DNA of 51,756 nt, filler included, from Bipalium vagum (taxonomy: Eukaryota), in NCBI GenBank assembly GCA_037834085.1. It is 3 parts of 3 records of this genome, joined end to end, with 100 filler letters (N's around TTAATTAATTAA, not from the genome) between each part and the next. Parts side by side here need not be neighbours in the genome. Positions count along the whole stretch, not along the records: positions 1 to 16,701 come from JBBMKC010097410.1; positions 16,802 to 34,792 come from JBBMKC010044742.1; 1 more part is not named here. One strand, written 5' to 3'. Positions 12,313-25,945 of the stretch are shown here, piece after piece. The position numbers and the translations under genes were made by a program. How positions within the stretch are numbered: the stretch's first letter is position 1; each line of letters starts with the position of its first letter. A model generated the notes under the pieces. That model saw nothing but the letters and a program-made list of their open reading frames with translations, did not search any database and was not told the DNA's origin.

Positions 12313-13574
12313 ACCGGTGTTCAACATATAATGATATCTGCCCTTTTTATGTCTGGTAAAACCAATTAATTATATTTTATCAAAATCTAAAGAGGATTAG
12401 CTGAAAATTTTGTCATATAGTACAGAAAAACAAAAGATTTTTCTTAATTTAAATTTTATGAAATCGTTGGAAATATAAATAAAATTAAAAACGGAAATAC
12501 TCCTTTGGAAATATTGGAAGAAGTATTGGAAGAGTCTTTTCACTTCCAACCATCATACGATGGTGCAAAATAATCATGAAAATTGGTTATATTGAATTAA
12601 AGAGGCCACCAGGAAGTAAAAAGATGTCAAAACAGTTAGATCGATACAAACTGTAAAGCGATTGGTCAAAGGAAAAAAGAGTGGCCATAAGAATATTGGA
12701 TAAAAAAATTAGAATATCGGTAGATCAGCTCAATTCATATTGAAAACAAATGTACAGTTAAAGCCGTACAAGATTCGCAAACAACATTTATTGACTATGA
12801 AGCATTTAAAAACTATAATTGGATTTTACAATTAGGTGAAGCATAATATCAAAAAAGAAAATACCAAAACGATAATTTTTTCTGATGAAAAAATATTCCA
12901 TATGAACGGAGTCTACAATGCCGAAAATGACAGAATATAGTCTATTATTCGAGTTATTACTGATGAAAAAGGTGGCATTAATCAGAAACTAAAATTTCCA
13001 CATGGAGTAATGGTTTGGTTGGCTGTCTATTCCAAAGATTTTAATCCACTCGTATTTATTGAAAAAGGAACAATTAATCAGAACACTTATAATAAAAAAA
13101 ACCCAGTGACAAAGAAATGTAAAAATAAAGTTTTTGGGAATAATTGGACTTATCAACAAGATTGGGCGAATTTTCATTTTGGATGAAAATCATTTGAATG
13201 GGGTTCAAAAAATTTTCTAAATTTTATTCCAAAATATCATCGGCCTTCTTATTTAGCCGATTTAAATCCTTTGGATTATTGGAATGATTTTGTTTGGAGT
13301 ATCGTGTGGAATTGAATAACTTCCAAAAAGAAATTGATCAGAAACTGAAGATCGCAGTGAAGAAAATTGACAAGGATATAATTGTGGAAAGTTTTAAATC
13401 TTGGTACCGTCGGTTGTATTGTATGTGGAAAGCTAACGGTGAATATATTTTTTGATGATCACAAATAAATCTTTCTAGATATTTTCTTTTACTTAAATGA
13501 TATTTGAAAAATATTTTAAGTTCAATTTATTTTAAAAGTTTTGAAATTTTAACATGAGTATGTTGTACACCCGT
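12313..13574 (+). mobile_element. Decayed maT/DD37D transposon (~1.26 kb)
   Basis: TIRs TA|ACCGGTGTTCAACATA and TATGTTGTACACCCGT|TA. Remnants include IIFSDEKIF...NAENDRI, GVMVW and QQD-x37-D ending LADLNPLDYW (37 residues counted). Contains internal stops. Confidence 0.88.
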
Positions 13575-14053
13575 TACTTAAACAATTTTCACCAATTCAA
13601 TAAATTAATATAATGTGCCTTGTTTATAACATTTTAAAATGTAAAGACATTTAAAAAAAAGTTTGCAATTTTAAAATTCACCAAAGATTTTTTAAAATAC
13701 AAAACCAAATACTGGGCACTCTAAACAAATTCTAAAATATGCTTATAAGGGGTGGTTCGAATAATTAGTTGCCTGAATTTTTTAAAATAAGGACCTCACG
13801 CCTTAATTGAAGATTATTAAATGCTTTTAATTTAAAGTTTTAAAAATTATTAAGTTAAATATTTAAATAAATATTCTAAATAAATGTGGGTTAATTTTAA
13901 AAAAGTAAATGATTTAATTTTAAAAGAAGGTTAGGTCGATGTTTGAAAAGTTTTTTTAGTAATCGGATTTAATGAAATATAATATTATTGCTTTGATCTT
14001 ATATTATTATTAAAAATGACAACACAAAAATATAACTATGCTTAAATACTCAC

Positions 14054-14133
14054 AGCCAAGAATTTGTTAATTAGACATGATCCCTTCATTTGAGTCGAAT
14101 ATTCTTTCGTTCAAAGAACAAAAGGAATGGTAA
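14054..14133 (-). CDS. Putative ADAM pro-domain exon (80 nt; needs +1 nt to stay in frame)
   Basis: ttatag|...|gtgagt with strong splice sites. Reads LPFLLFFERK in one frame and EYSTQMKGSCLINKFLA in the next, with a candidate cysteine-switch Cys. Flanking exons require phase 0/0, so a one-base frameshift is implied. Confidence 0.5.
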
Positions 14134-14425
14134 CTATAAATAGTTTAACAAGTCTAATTGTCAATGGTTATTCGGAAAATATTTCGTTTATTTATTTATA
14201 TTAAATATGTGAACAAATTCAAATTATCTGAGCGAATAAAAAGAAATTGTCTTCACTTTCTAAATTGAGACCATCAAATATTTACGGAATTATATTTCCA
14301 TTTAATTATTAAACAAACATTGTTTTAACGGCTGAAATACGAATTATAAGTTTAAACAAAGAGAAGGGCAAATATTACATCTTTGAAGGAATTAGTCGGC
14401 AAAAATAAATTAATAAATATCTCAC

Positions 14426-14543
14426 CTCATAGTTGGAGGCATTGAAGATATTTCTGCTCTCCTTATCAATTTTTAGTTTTTTATTATATTCAATCTTCTG
14501 CGGCCGTATGGAAAAGATTGAATTTCCAACTATCACAATTCCT
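14426..14543 (-). CDS. ADAM pro-domain exon
   Basis: ttttccag|(K)GIVIVGNSIFSIRPQKIEY...NASNYE|gtgag. Resembles the GLxGxIxxxxxxYxIEP pro-domain motif. Phase 2 in, 0 out. Confidence 0.72.
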
Positions 14544-14598
14544 CTGGAAAAGATGGAGACCTGTTAGAAAATTATGCTCCAGATTTTCAATATCTCAC

Positions 14599-14687
14599 TT
14601 TATCCGAATATTGTTGCAAATAATCGATGACAAGAACGGATTTTCATAATAAAAATTTTCATTATTGATGTAAAATATAGATTTGCT
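14599..14687 (-). CDS. ADAM pro-domain exon
   Basis: ttcattcag|SKSIFYINNENFYYENPFLSSIICNNIRI(K)|gtgag. Joined in phase through a 55-nt intron to the 14543 exon, giving SSIICNNIRIKGIVIV, which resembles SLSTCxGLRGLI. Confidence 0.65.
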
Positions 14688-14919
14688 CTGAATGAAAAAA
14701 TATTAATTTTTTGCATTTTATCGATATTATGACTTTATTTTGAGAGTTTCGCTTAGTTGCTGTTCGATATTTCAGAAATTTTATTTTACGAAATTTATTA
14801 AATAAATATTTCATCAAAGCTTAAACGGAATAATTTATACTCCGAATATTTTTAATTATTTTTTATATTTTAAATCTTCACAAAAATGAAGTAACAAAAT
14901 GGGAAGAAAGATTTATTAC

Positions 14920-15012
14920 TTCATTAATTAAGAAAAGGAATAGAATATTTAATATGAAAAATATGGAATAAGATGTTATGATCTGTCGTTTCAGGCTTTT
15001 CATTAACTATTC
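14920..15012 (-). CDS. Putative ADAM pro-domain exon (93 nt; needs -1 nt)
   Basis: Pyrimidine-rich acceptor ttttcctcttattag|, then (G)IVNEKPETTDHNILFHIFHIKYSIPFL.., donor |gtaat. Removing one T from a T4 run makes it phase 1 to 0, linking the signal exon to 14687. As written it ends in TAA TGA. Confidence 0.4.
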
Positions 15013-15112
15013 CTAATAAGAGGAAAATAAAAATTGGTGTAAGATTTCAAGAATAAATAAAAGCTCCAATCCTTCAGAAAAAAATACAAACTTGTTAATT
15101 TGGGCACTTCTA

Positions 15113-15777
15113 TATTTTGGGTAAAATTTCCGGTACCAGTGGTGCCCAACATTGACAGATTTCACTGGATTAAGTTGTTGCTAAGATAATGGGCAACTTT
15201 TATTATAAGTTCACGAAGGCTTTGCACCTTTTGATATTTTCTGAAATGTTTTGTTGAATGGTTTTAGAATTTCATAAATAGAATTTTCATTTATACCATC
15301 GTCACTGGTGATGAAACGTGGATTTATTCGTACAATCTTGACAGTAAGCATCCATTTATTATTTTGATATTTAAAGATGAATTCAAACCAAAGAAAATTG
15401 ACCGGTATCACATCGCTTCAAAACAATGATTATCCGTTTCATCGGTTTAAAAAGAAATGGCAACGATATTTTTAAAGAAATTCAATTTTGAATGGTAAAC
15501 AACAATTTTATTACCCCATATTCATCTGACTTGACACATGATATTTTTGTTTCTTATCATCATAAAGAAATTACGTGGTAAGCGTTTTTTATTACCTGAA
15601 GCAGCTATTGCTAAATTTGAGGTATGTTTTTCTGGGTAGCCAACTTGGTTTGATCGCAGAAAAATGTGTTGACATTAAATGAGATTATATTGAAAAAAAA
15701 AACAACTTAATTTGGTTTGGTCTGCTTCTTTTCAATCATAAAAGATTCTATTATAAACTTTCACAGCTGTCTATGTA
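15113..15777 (+). mobile_element. Decayed mariner transposon fragment
   Basis: VTGDETWIYSYN at 15301, PYSSDL at ~15515, and C-terminal remnants (LRGKRF..PEAAI). Boundaries approximate. Confidence 0.75.
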
Positions 15778-16363
15778 TACCTATTGCCATGAGTTTTGTA
15801 TAAAAATCGAAATCAGCCTCATTCAACACTGATTCATTTTTGATAACTTTATTTCTTCTGGACAATTATTGTAGAACGATTCATTTTTCGATTTTGATAA
15901 TTTCAAAGGTATATTTTGAAGTATTTAGCACATTTTTCTTTATGGAGTATAAGATATTTTTCAAAGTTTAAAAGATCAACAAAACCTATTCTTCAAAATC
16001 AATAAAGGGTTTTTAATGAATTTTTTTCAAACGTTTAATAAATAAATTACGGTTATCATGAAGTTGATCTAATGATCTTTATTTTAGAGATAATTTGTGT
16101 CACAGATAAGATTTAAAACTGATACTTAAGTAGTTTAAAGAACACAAATATTCCTTAAATTATAATTTTTTATAAAAGATTTTAAATCATCATACATTCC
16201 ATGTACGATGTACCTTTCCGAAAGATATCAAAAATTGCTGGAAAAGAGATATTTTATTTTAAAAACTGACTAAATAAATTAAATAGGCAAATATATTTAA
16301 GTGGTAAATAAAGAATTATGACCATATTTCAATAAAAATTTTGTACTTAACACTAAATGGTAA

Positions 16364-16453
16364 TTGTTAGTTGAAAATAAATGGGAATACCGGGCTCGAC
16401 CCCAGGACGTTTCACATGCGCTTGGACTGCTCTGGCCGCTGAGCTACAATGCC
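16364..16453 (-). repeat. tRNA-derived SINE-like repeat, copy 1
   Basis: Minus strand GGCATTGTAGCTCAGCGGCCAGAGC...GCGCATGTGAAACGTCCTGGGGTCGAGCCCGG has A and B boxes and is tRNA-Ala-like. Followed by the tail TTTTCAACTAACAA shared with copy 2. Confidence 0.7.
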
Positions 16454-16560
16454 TTAAATGCATATTTCCGGAAGTGATTTAAAATTACGCGATTTTTCTG
16501 AATATTAAAACAATATTGATTTTTTTATATATAAAATTAATCTGCAAATATTTTTAATTT

Positions 16561-16628
16561 TATTGGGTAGTTGCATTAATTCTCGCTGTTTTTTAAAGAA
16601 AATAAAAAAGTTAAATAAAAACTCAATA
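16561..16628 (+). repeat. Terminus of a mariner-like repeat just upstream of assembly gap 1
   Basis: TATTGGGTAGTTGCATTAATTCTCGCTGTTTTT...AAATAAAAACTCAATA is nearly identical to 34680-34746. The TA-TTGGGT start is typical of mariner TIRs. Confidence 0.75.
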
Positions 16629-16701
16629 AAGCTTGTCCACGATGAAATTGTCGCAGTAAAAAGCCGTGTATTTTTTAAAATGTGTTATGATATGTCAATA
16701 A

Positions 16702-16801
16702 NNNNNNNNNNNNNNNNNNNNNNNNNNNNNNNNNNNNNNNNNNNNTTAATTAATTAANNNNNNNNNNNNNNNNNNNNNNNNNNNNNNNNNNNNNNNNNNN
16801 N
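16702..16801. other. Assembly gap with artificial stop-codon linker
   Basis: 44 N + TTAATTAATTAA + 44 N = 100 bp. The 12-mer gives stops in all six frames. Confidence 0.97.
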
Positions 16802-17165
16802 AAGAAAATATTATTATTAAACTGATAAATTACATCGTTTGATTTATTTTGGATTATTGTGCATTACTTATTGACCGAGCCTTGTATATAGTTACATTGA
16901 ATGCTAGTAAAGGTAAATTATAAAATATTAAGAATAATAAAGATTTTTAGTAATTCAAGAAGTCAAAGACTTTTAATAATAATAAATCAGTAAATTATTA
17001 ATCTCGAAAAAAATTTCTAATTTCACTGATATACAAGACATTTATTTTAATTAATAAAATCCATTAAAAATTAATTTTAAGTTGTAACAAATATTTTAAA
17101 TAAATATATCTTTTAAAATTATTTTAGAGAAATATTTTGGAAATAATTCAAGAAAATTTCTATAC

Positions 17166-17253
17166 CAGCTATAAATATAGTTATGTAGAAAAACAATAAA
17201 AATAGACAATAATTATAAGACAAAAAATAAAACAAGTGTGGAAAATGAAACAT
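17166..17253 (-). CDS. Putative first (signal peptide) exon of the ADAM metalloprotease
   Basis: ATG...MFHFPHLFYFLSYNYCLFLLFFYITIFIA(G)|gtatag. Hydrophobic N-terminus with a phase-1 donor, as is common for secreted-protein first exons. T-rich DNA can mimic this. Confidence 0.55.
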
Positions 17254-18359
17254 ATTTTATCATTGAAAAATCGATGGTAAATGAGAAATATTACCCAGGA
17301 GACTACGAGGTCTAGAATTGGAGTTGTCAACATATCACGGGTATCAAATGAGACCAGTTCAACAATAATGTTCTCAATAATTGTCAATAGAATACTTATA
17401 TTTACAAATATAGAGAGAGATAATCTAATCGGAAGTTCAGAAAGTGTATTTATGTGAATGGAGTGTGAGTAACTAAGACATGGTTATTAGAAGCAATTTA
17501 TTTTATTAGGAAGAATTCGAAATAAAATCTAAAAAAAATTTTTTAAATTGGCGATATATTTTTTATGATCTTCAATTATAAATCAATATTTTTAAACGAA
17601 AAGATTATCTGTTAAACATTTTCAAAATCGCAAGAAAAAATACCATATTAATGATTAAATTAATTAATTATACTACTTTTCTTGCACTCAAAGAATTTCG
17701 TTCGATTAACTTATATAAAAAATAAATTTTGCAATTGTGCAATGTTTTCGTCAAATATGCATTTAGCTTGAGTTACTTGAGAGTGGTGTACTTTTTGGAT
17801 TAAGACTTCCATATTTAGATCAATAAAATATTGGTTTAAGTATAGTGCTAATAAACAATTATGACTTGTTTTGACGGGAACAATGACATTAATATTGCCA
17901 AATTTAAGGACATCTAGAGACCAACAGGAAGACCAATAGATTTTGGTTTTAAAAAATATATTTAAGAAATATTTCTTAATATCTTACAATTGTTTAATGG
18001 GAAAATAGTTAAACTTCTCATAGATTACCTCATTACCTCACTTGAATATTGATTTAAAAAAGTGACTAAAATAAATTTCAACTCACAGCAATCACGAAAA
18101 TTGAAAGACAAATTGAATCGAATTTAAAGTGAAAATATGAGATTAATTAATTATACTAATCAATGTATACCTACCGCACTAAATCAAATAAACATTACTT
18201 TATAAATCAAAAACTCTTCCTGAGAAGATACATGTATAATAATATATATAAAATATAAAAAAGAAATCATATGCGATGCGCACAAAAAAAACCAATCACT
18301 ATTATATTAAGACATCTTTTCTTAAAACATTCTCTAATAATTAATAGTCAATACTTCGT

Positions 18360-19048
18360 AGGCAATCCGTCATTGTCAATTACGGCTTGGGTTACACGTG
18401 GCATGCACTAGACAGGATTCATGAGGATGAATTTTTTTGATGAAGGTATCATTTGCCTAATTAATATTTGGCGATATTTTTCTTTATTCATATCCGTGAA
18501 TTCTACAAAAATTTCCAACACCATGTGCCACAAAACATCCCCAAACCATATTTTTTTATCATGTGTTACGGTTCCTGTCATAAATGAAACAGAATAGAGT
18601 TCATTTGGAAGTCTCCTAACATGTTTCGAGTACTGAAAGCGTAACACATACGGTGACTCCTCTGACCATAATACTTTTTTCCAATCTTCTACACTCTAAC
18701 CTAGATGTTCTTTTGCCTATTCCAAACGTCTTTCCTGAGTTTTAACACGGAAAAAAGGTTTTCTCATTTGAAAATGCAAGTAAGTTTGTGGATGAGACAT
18801 TTATACTCTGTTTTGATGGCTTTAATCGAAATAGTTCAAACACTCTCCCACAGAAACAATATTTTGATCATCACCAATGGTTGTCTTTCCTTTCCTTCCA
18901 CTGCCAATCTTGCATTTATAATTTGAAATTTCTTTGAAATCTTTCATTAACTTAGCAATTAACCACTGAGCTTTCACAATTTCCTTTAATATTTCTCTTC
19001 CTGAAAATTCACAATCTGTCCTTTTTGAAAATCCGTTAACTTCACCAT
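18360..19048 (-). mobile_element. Decayed Tc1-family transposase
   Basis: Minus strand MVKLTDFQKGQIV (start), EDWKKVLWSEESPY (WxxVxWSDESxF) and VRRLPNELY...TVTHDK..VWGCF-like segments. Broken by frameshifts; TIRs not confidently placed. Confidence 0.8.
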
Positions 19049-19369
19049 TTTATCTATATTCATAATCTGAACTATTTGAAATTAAAGAAAACTTTAATTT
19101 ACAAAAAAACTTAGCTAAACAAATACTTACATAATTTAATCGATTAAATTCTATGTTAAAATATTTATTATATAAAAATTTAAAAACACTAAAAAAATTA
19201 TAAATGAAAAATAAAGTGATCGGATAAAAAAGATGTTCCAAAAACTTTATTTAATCTTTCATAAAATTTTATAAAACAAACATATAAAATGAGAATAAAA
19301 ATTAAATTGTAGATGTTTTCTAAAAATTCAATCAATTATAAAAAGTGGTGTGCATAATATTAAATTCAA

Positions 19370-20176
19370 ATGATTGTGACTCTGTCTTTCACTAATTTCC
19401 TACATGCAGCAGTTTTTTCAAAATAGATAACATTTGTTTTGTTGTGCAGGCTTTGATAGACTAAACCAGTTTCATTACAGTTATGTCTGTTCTGGTACAA
19501 ATTCGTTTTCTGAGATAATCTTTTTAAAGTCATTTATAAACAGAATGGCTGATTCGGTATTGCATGATACTTTCTCACTCGATATTTGCAAAATTAGTAT
19601 ACTAAAACGATTTTTAAATTTTGTAAGCCATCCATCACTTGCAATGAAAGCATCTGATCCATTCATAGACTTATTTATGTCTAAGGCCTTTAATTTTAGC
19701 ACATCATTAGTTATTATGTCGTGCATAGATCGTCTATCTACAAACCAGGCGAATAATCTTTTCTGTAATTCAGAATTTTGTGCGCCTTTCATTCGTTTCA
19801 TTAAAGTCGTAGCTTTCAAATTATTCGACACAAAAGTATGAATATTTCCCTTATTAATCTTGATTCTAGATAATGTTGATGCATGGATAGAATATCGTTT
19901 GGCTTGTTCCCACTTTCAATCTCTTTTAAAATTGATAATTTGTCTTGCATAGAAATAGAGCTCCATTTATTTTTCTGCATAGATTTTGAATTTAAATTGT
20001 TAAGTAAAGTTACTAAAATTAAACAAGATAATATTAATTAAATAGACTTAGAATTATTAATAAATAAATTAATAGATTTTAAATTATTGCTTATAGCGAA
20101 TTTAGCTTTGCTTGTATACAATATGCTTTTTTCGAAAATTGCTTATATCAAGCTTGCTTATATCGAGCGGTTACTG
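19370..20176 (-). mobile_element. 3'-truncated pogo/Tigger element (5' TIR and CENP-B-type HTH retained)
   Basis: ORF 19481-19831 ELQKRLFAWF...ITNDVLKLKA...FIASDGWLTKFKNRF is a CENP-B-type HTH. Tigger-like terminus TA|CAGTAACCGCTCGATATAAG on the minus strand at 20178. Confidence 0.88.
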
Positions 20177-20290
20177 TACCTAAATTTAGAAATGTTACAC
20201 AAAAAACTGTAATCAAACACTAATAGTACTATTTTTAAGATTTTTACTTCAAAGCATATAATTTTATTATTATTTTAATTATTATTGATA

Positions 20291-20375
20291 TTGTTAGTTG
20301 AAAAATAATCGGAGATTTGAACCCGGGACCTTTCACATGCGCATGAACTGCTCTGACCGCTGAGCAACATCCTCC
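20291..20375 (-). repeat. tRNA-derived SINE-like repeat, copy 2
   Basis: Minus strand GGAGGATGTTGCTCAGCGGTCAGAGCAGTTCATGCGCATGTGAAAGGTCCCGGGTTCAAATCTCCG plus TTTTTCAACTAACAA. Homologous to 16364-16453. The T-arm/acceptor end is shortened, so it is not a functional tRNA. Confidence 0.7.
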
Positions 20376-20761
20376 AACCAATTTTCAATTAATCTCATAG
20401 ATATTATTATTATAATCTAATAATTATTATTGGTATATTGTTAAATACTAATTGAAGCAAAATTTTGTTAGTATTTTAATTATTTTTTTCTCATTTCACA
20501 AAAAATCTCAATAATGCAAAAAATTTATGAAAACAATAAAATAAACAATTAATCAATTGACAGTCAAATAACTAATAATTTTCGAGAAATCTATAATTGA
20601 AAAATGAAAATTCAAGTTTAATAAATCGGTTTATTAAATGGAACGATTTGGCAATTTAATATGAACCAACAACATCTATTGAAAATATGACATTGTTTTT
20701 TTTCTTGGTATTATAGATTTTGTCAATGTTGCAAACACAGAAAAGTCAAAATTTTAATTTA

Positions 20762-21400
<639 letters not shown>

Positions 21401-24400
21401 TCAATTATTATTAAAAATTCATAATTGATTTTATTATTATTATATCATATTCCAGATTATTTTTTATTAAAAATTTTCTGTTGTGATAGTGAATGATAGT
21501 TTTGTAATTATATTATTTGGAAACCTAGTCAAAGGAAATCACATTAGTAAATATTTTTAAAAATTATAAATTAAACTTTAGCTAAAATGTTAATAGATCT
21601 AAAAATTTCTTTTGTAATTCCTCTATAATACAAATTCAGTAATTCAATAAAAAAATCCAATAGAGTGAAATTCTTTAAAAGCTACCATTTAGATTTTCCA
21701 TGGAGTTTATTTCAATGTTAAATGTCTTTTAAAATGAAATGATAATCGGAAAAGTGATTAACACAATCAAATCGGTTAAGACTAAATATATAAATTATAA
21801 TAACATGGCACTTTAAAAACAAAAGAATACAAAAATTAGAAATCTCAGTAAAGTAACCGTTTTCAAAAATATTTTCAATATCATATTACAATTACAAATG
21901 ACAATTATAAAACTAAAATAGCTTGCATAATTTAAATATTTAATAAGTTAACGTTGCTGTTGTTATTGGAAAGGATTTTAAAACAGTTTTACCGATTATT
22001 TTTAATGATTAATATTGGCTTTAATTTAAGAAAAACCCCAATAAATAGCAAAAATATGAAACGTTGCTCTATTAATTTTTCACAAAAAAGAAAAACACAA
22101 TCAATACATCAAATATTATTTATCCTAGAAAAATTTGACAGCATTCAATGGAAAAAGTTTACAATATTTTGGATTTTCATATTACAGAAAATCATTGACA
22201 TAAACGAAAAAAGATGTCAATTTTTTCCATTATGAGTTAATTTTCATTGTTCATTTTTTTGATTGTCCCCAATTAATGAACATTGAAATTCATTCATCAT
22301 TTTATCGAATCGTTTTATCAAAGAATAATTAAGTGTTTCCCAATCCATACAAGTGCAAACAGACAATTTTATTATTTTTTATCCAGACAGAATTTAGTTC
22401 AAATTTTAAGAAAAAATCCAGATTATTTTATCGGTTTTACGAAAATGAAAAATGTTTGTTTGTGTGCGTTCTGTCTCTCTCTCTTATCTAAGTGTTTGTT
22501 TTATGAGTGTACGTGTATGTATGTGTGTCTGAAGAACCTTTTCATCCAGTCTCGGCACCAAATTAAATTTAATTGTTGAACGGTGACGCAAATTCTCCGA
22601 AAATATTTCCATCAAAAAGAGAATAGGTTTCACAATTGCATTATGTGAAAATGAAGCGATAACTTTCTTGTTGAAAAATTATTTTCTGTCGTTATTTTAA
22701 ATTGTACATTTTTAGAAAAACATCTTCTCTGTCCCATCATTTTTCAAACCGCAGACGAATGACTGAGTAGATTATAATGAAATTTTGCAGATCATCATCA
22801 TCAACTATCTAACCAGACACAGGTACACACGCAAATTTCATCTTGAGAATTACTTGCTCGATCAATAGATTAAAGTTATTTCCACATGCAAAAATATTCG
22901 TGAATAATAATTGAACTATTATTTCGTTTATGAACCTAACTCAACTTTACCCTTATTCAAATCATAATAAAACATAATTTAAAATTTTTTCTCATTTTCT
23001 AAATGCCTCGTATTAATTTTTTGAAATGATTCGAAAATCGATTTTCGATGAAACCAAGAGGAAAATGTCAAAATTGTCAAGAAAAAAGAAATTCATTAAT
23101 ATTTATAAATAGGTTAATCATTAAAAATTTATTCGTGTTTCTACACAACTTTTCGGATGATAATTTAAATCAGTCATCAATTTCCGATAAAAACAATAAT
23201 TATAGAAAATATTAAATCAGACATTACTTATTGATTTTGTTAACATAAATAAATATTATGACTGTATCAGATACACAAATTCACAATGATTAATAATATC
23301 CAATTATTATTTATTAGCTATATGAAAATTATAGTTGATAGTTTTTGTTAATATTCACCATTCAAACACAGTTTATTCAAGAACCATTTCCTCCTATTAA
23401 ATAAGAATTTATGATCAACCTCATTAAAGAAATTACTAATTGATTAATAATATTTTTCAATAAAATATATTCGTAAAATTAATTAAAATCCATTATAGGT
23501 AATTTTCCAAAATGATTTAAAGTTTTAAAGTAAATATCACAAAAAATACTTAACTAATTAACTAATTCCGTTAATCAAGTGAAACACAAAATGATCAACA
23601 AAGAACAATTTAATGATTATAAATTAAATAATATTACTATTTAATTATTAATAAGACATTTTTATACAAAAAAATGAAACAAAATATCTAGTAATATGAA
23701 AGTTTTCGAAAACATCTGATCAATAAATCCATGAAATAATAATTTAAATGACTGATTGAGACCAAAGAATATAACAAATTAGAAAACAGAACAATAAATA
23801 TTCTCATATGATACATCGAAAATTATTTAATTTCAAATTTATCTTTCACAAAAAAAAACAATGTTTTGCATATAATTATGCACATTTTATATCAAATAAA
23901 CGAGGAAATCCACATATATATTGAATTGATGATTATTATAACGACGACGAAGGTATGATTGATGAATGTCAAACTGCAACTCTGAGAGATAATAACGACG
24001 TCTCAACTACTATTGATGATGATTTACACACGCTTTCAAAATGATTATTTTATTTATTATTTCAATCATCAAACACAATACACATCCATATAGATGACCT
24101 GGTGCAAAAAGGAACACCATCTACTGTACAGTTTTATTTAATTTGCGCGCTTCGTCCGAAGCTCGATAACAATCACGCTTATCTTATATGACACCTTAAA
24201 GAGTAACCATTAAGATTTTCTCATACCACTACCAAGTACCATTAGAGCAACGTGGTGCAAAAATTGACAGATATATTGATTTTTTATTCTTTAATCAGAT
24301 TCCATGAGAAAGAGCTATCCATTCACATTTACAACCAATGAAAAGCAATATTTTCTCTCTTATACATAAAAAATCGATATAAATTATTTTTCGTCAGAAA

Positions 24401-25729
24401 AGATAAATACAAAAAATCACTAAATTGGGTTTTAAAAAAAATGTTTTTTATTTATTTTGAATCGATATGTACTTAACATAATTGAATTTTTCATTTACTT
24501 AGAAAAAATTCTTGGTTCTTCATATCTACAGACAAAAGAATTTTAGATTAGCAAACAATTTTATGTTAAAAATTTTCCCAAATACTATTTAGAGTATCAG
24601 AATTAGTTTATAATTATAATAATAATAATAAATCAAGAAAAACTACTCTAAAAATGATAGTAATAAAATAAAAAAAAAGAATTATAAAAAGAAAAATCCG
24701 TTTTAATTAAAAATCTTAATATAATTTTTAGTAATAACAAAATATTTTTTTTAGAAATATCATTGATTTATAATGGTAATAAATTTGTACTTTTAAGTAA
24801 AATTAAAGATTAATTTTGTTATATATAGATAATTAAATAGGTAAATTAATAAAATTATATAATAGTAATGAAGACATGAATACAAATTGAAGAATTTTAT
24901 TTCCTGTTTATTTGTCATACTACATAAAAAATCATTTTTACATAATTAAATAAAGCAATTTTCAGAAATTTATAAAGATTTGGACCCTTTTTAAATATTA
25001 ATAATGGCAATCACCAACCAATAAGAATAATCAAAAACTAATTTCCCTAAGTAATTTCAGAGTGAATTAGTTGCAGAATTTTCTTCTGCTAATTAATATT
25101 AAACTATTTATCAATTATTAGTGACCTTGTCAATTTCTTTTGTGATGTTTTTAAAAAGGCAATTTCTAAAAAGGTTAATGTTTAAAATTTATAATATTTT
25201 CTACTAATAAAATGAGAAATTTACTCAACTATATAATCAATTCATGTAAATGAAAAAAATGAAATACAATTAATTGAATTTTCAAAATTATTTTATTATT
25301 ATTATAATATTATATCATTATTATTAATATCATCAGTATTATTTCCGGAATATTATTTAATTAAATTAAATCTTACTGACGTTGACAACACTCCTAATTT
25401 TTAAATTTAAATTAAGTTTAGTTTAATTAACACTATAAAATCCAATAAAAAAATAAATCAATGTCAATTTAAATCACATTGATTTTTTCCATAAAAATTC
25501 AAATGAAAAAAGCAACAATTTTGGACAACATGGGAAAGTCGAAATAAATATATACAAAATATATATAGATATATATAATTGGATCTGATATTGGTAAATG
25601 AAATGATGAATTTATGGCAATTTTTATTGGTCAGTATAAACAAGCGACATGAGGAACACTATTTAAGTGTCCAAGAGAATAAACGATACTAATTTTAAAT
25701 CTGAATATATATTGTTTTTATAAAAAAGT

Positions 25730-25945
25730 ACACATACATCATAATCAAAAGTTTAGGAAAAAAATTAAAAATTGGAAAGATAACTTTTGAGATACAAGCA
25801 GTTTGAGTGGGAAAAAAATAAAATTAGTATTTTTGTCAAAAACTCCCTCTATTTCATTAAATAAAAGCGAATTCATTGTGAATTCAAAAGTGAACAGCCG
25901 TTTGAAAATTATGTCCTATTGTGTAACTTTGATAACTAAAGAGTA
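25730..25945. mobile_element. Possible degenerate Tc1-type MITE
   Basis: Loose inverted ends (TACATCATAATCAAAAGTT / AACTTTGATAACTAAAGAGTA). Confidence 0.3.

Noticed and set aside
15780-15990. Possible additional ADAM pro-domain exon (..NEADFDFYTKLMAI|gtata)
   Set aside because: No acceptor gives an open frame compatible with the neighbouring exon phases.
16746-16757. TTAATTAATTAA palindrome as a biological site
   Set aside because: It is centred in exactly 44+44 Ns at both gaps, so it is an assembly linker.
19434-19841. 135-aa plus-strand ORF (similarly 482-745, 20923-21159, 29271-29468, 33256-33513, 50837-51046, 51303-51503)
   Set aside because: Antisense shadows of real exons or transposase remnants on the opposite strand.
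16364-20375. Two functional tRNA genes
   Set aside because: Acceptor and anticodon stems pair poorly, copy 2 has a deleted T-arm/acceptor end, and both share a non-tRNA tail. Treated as SINE-like.
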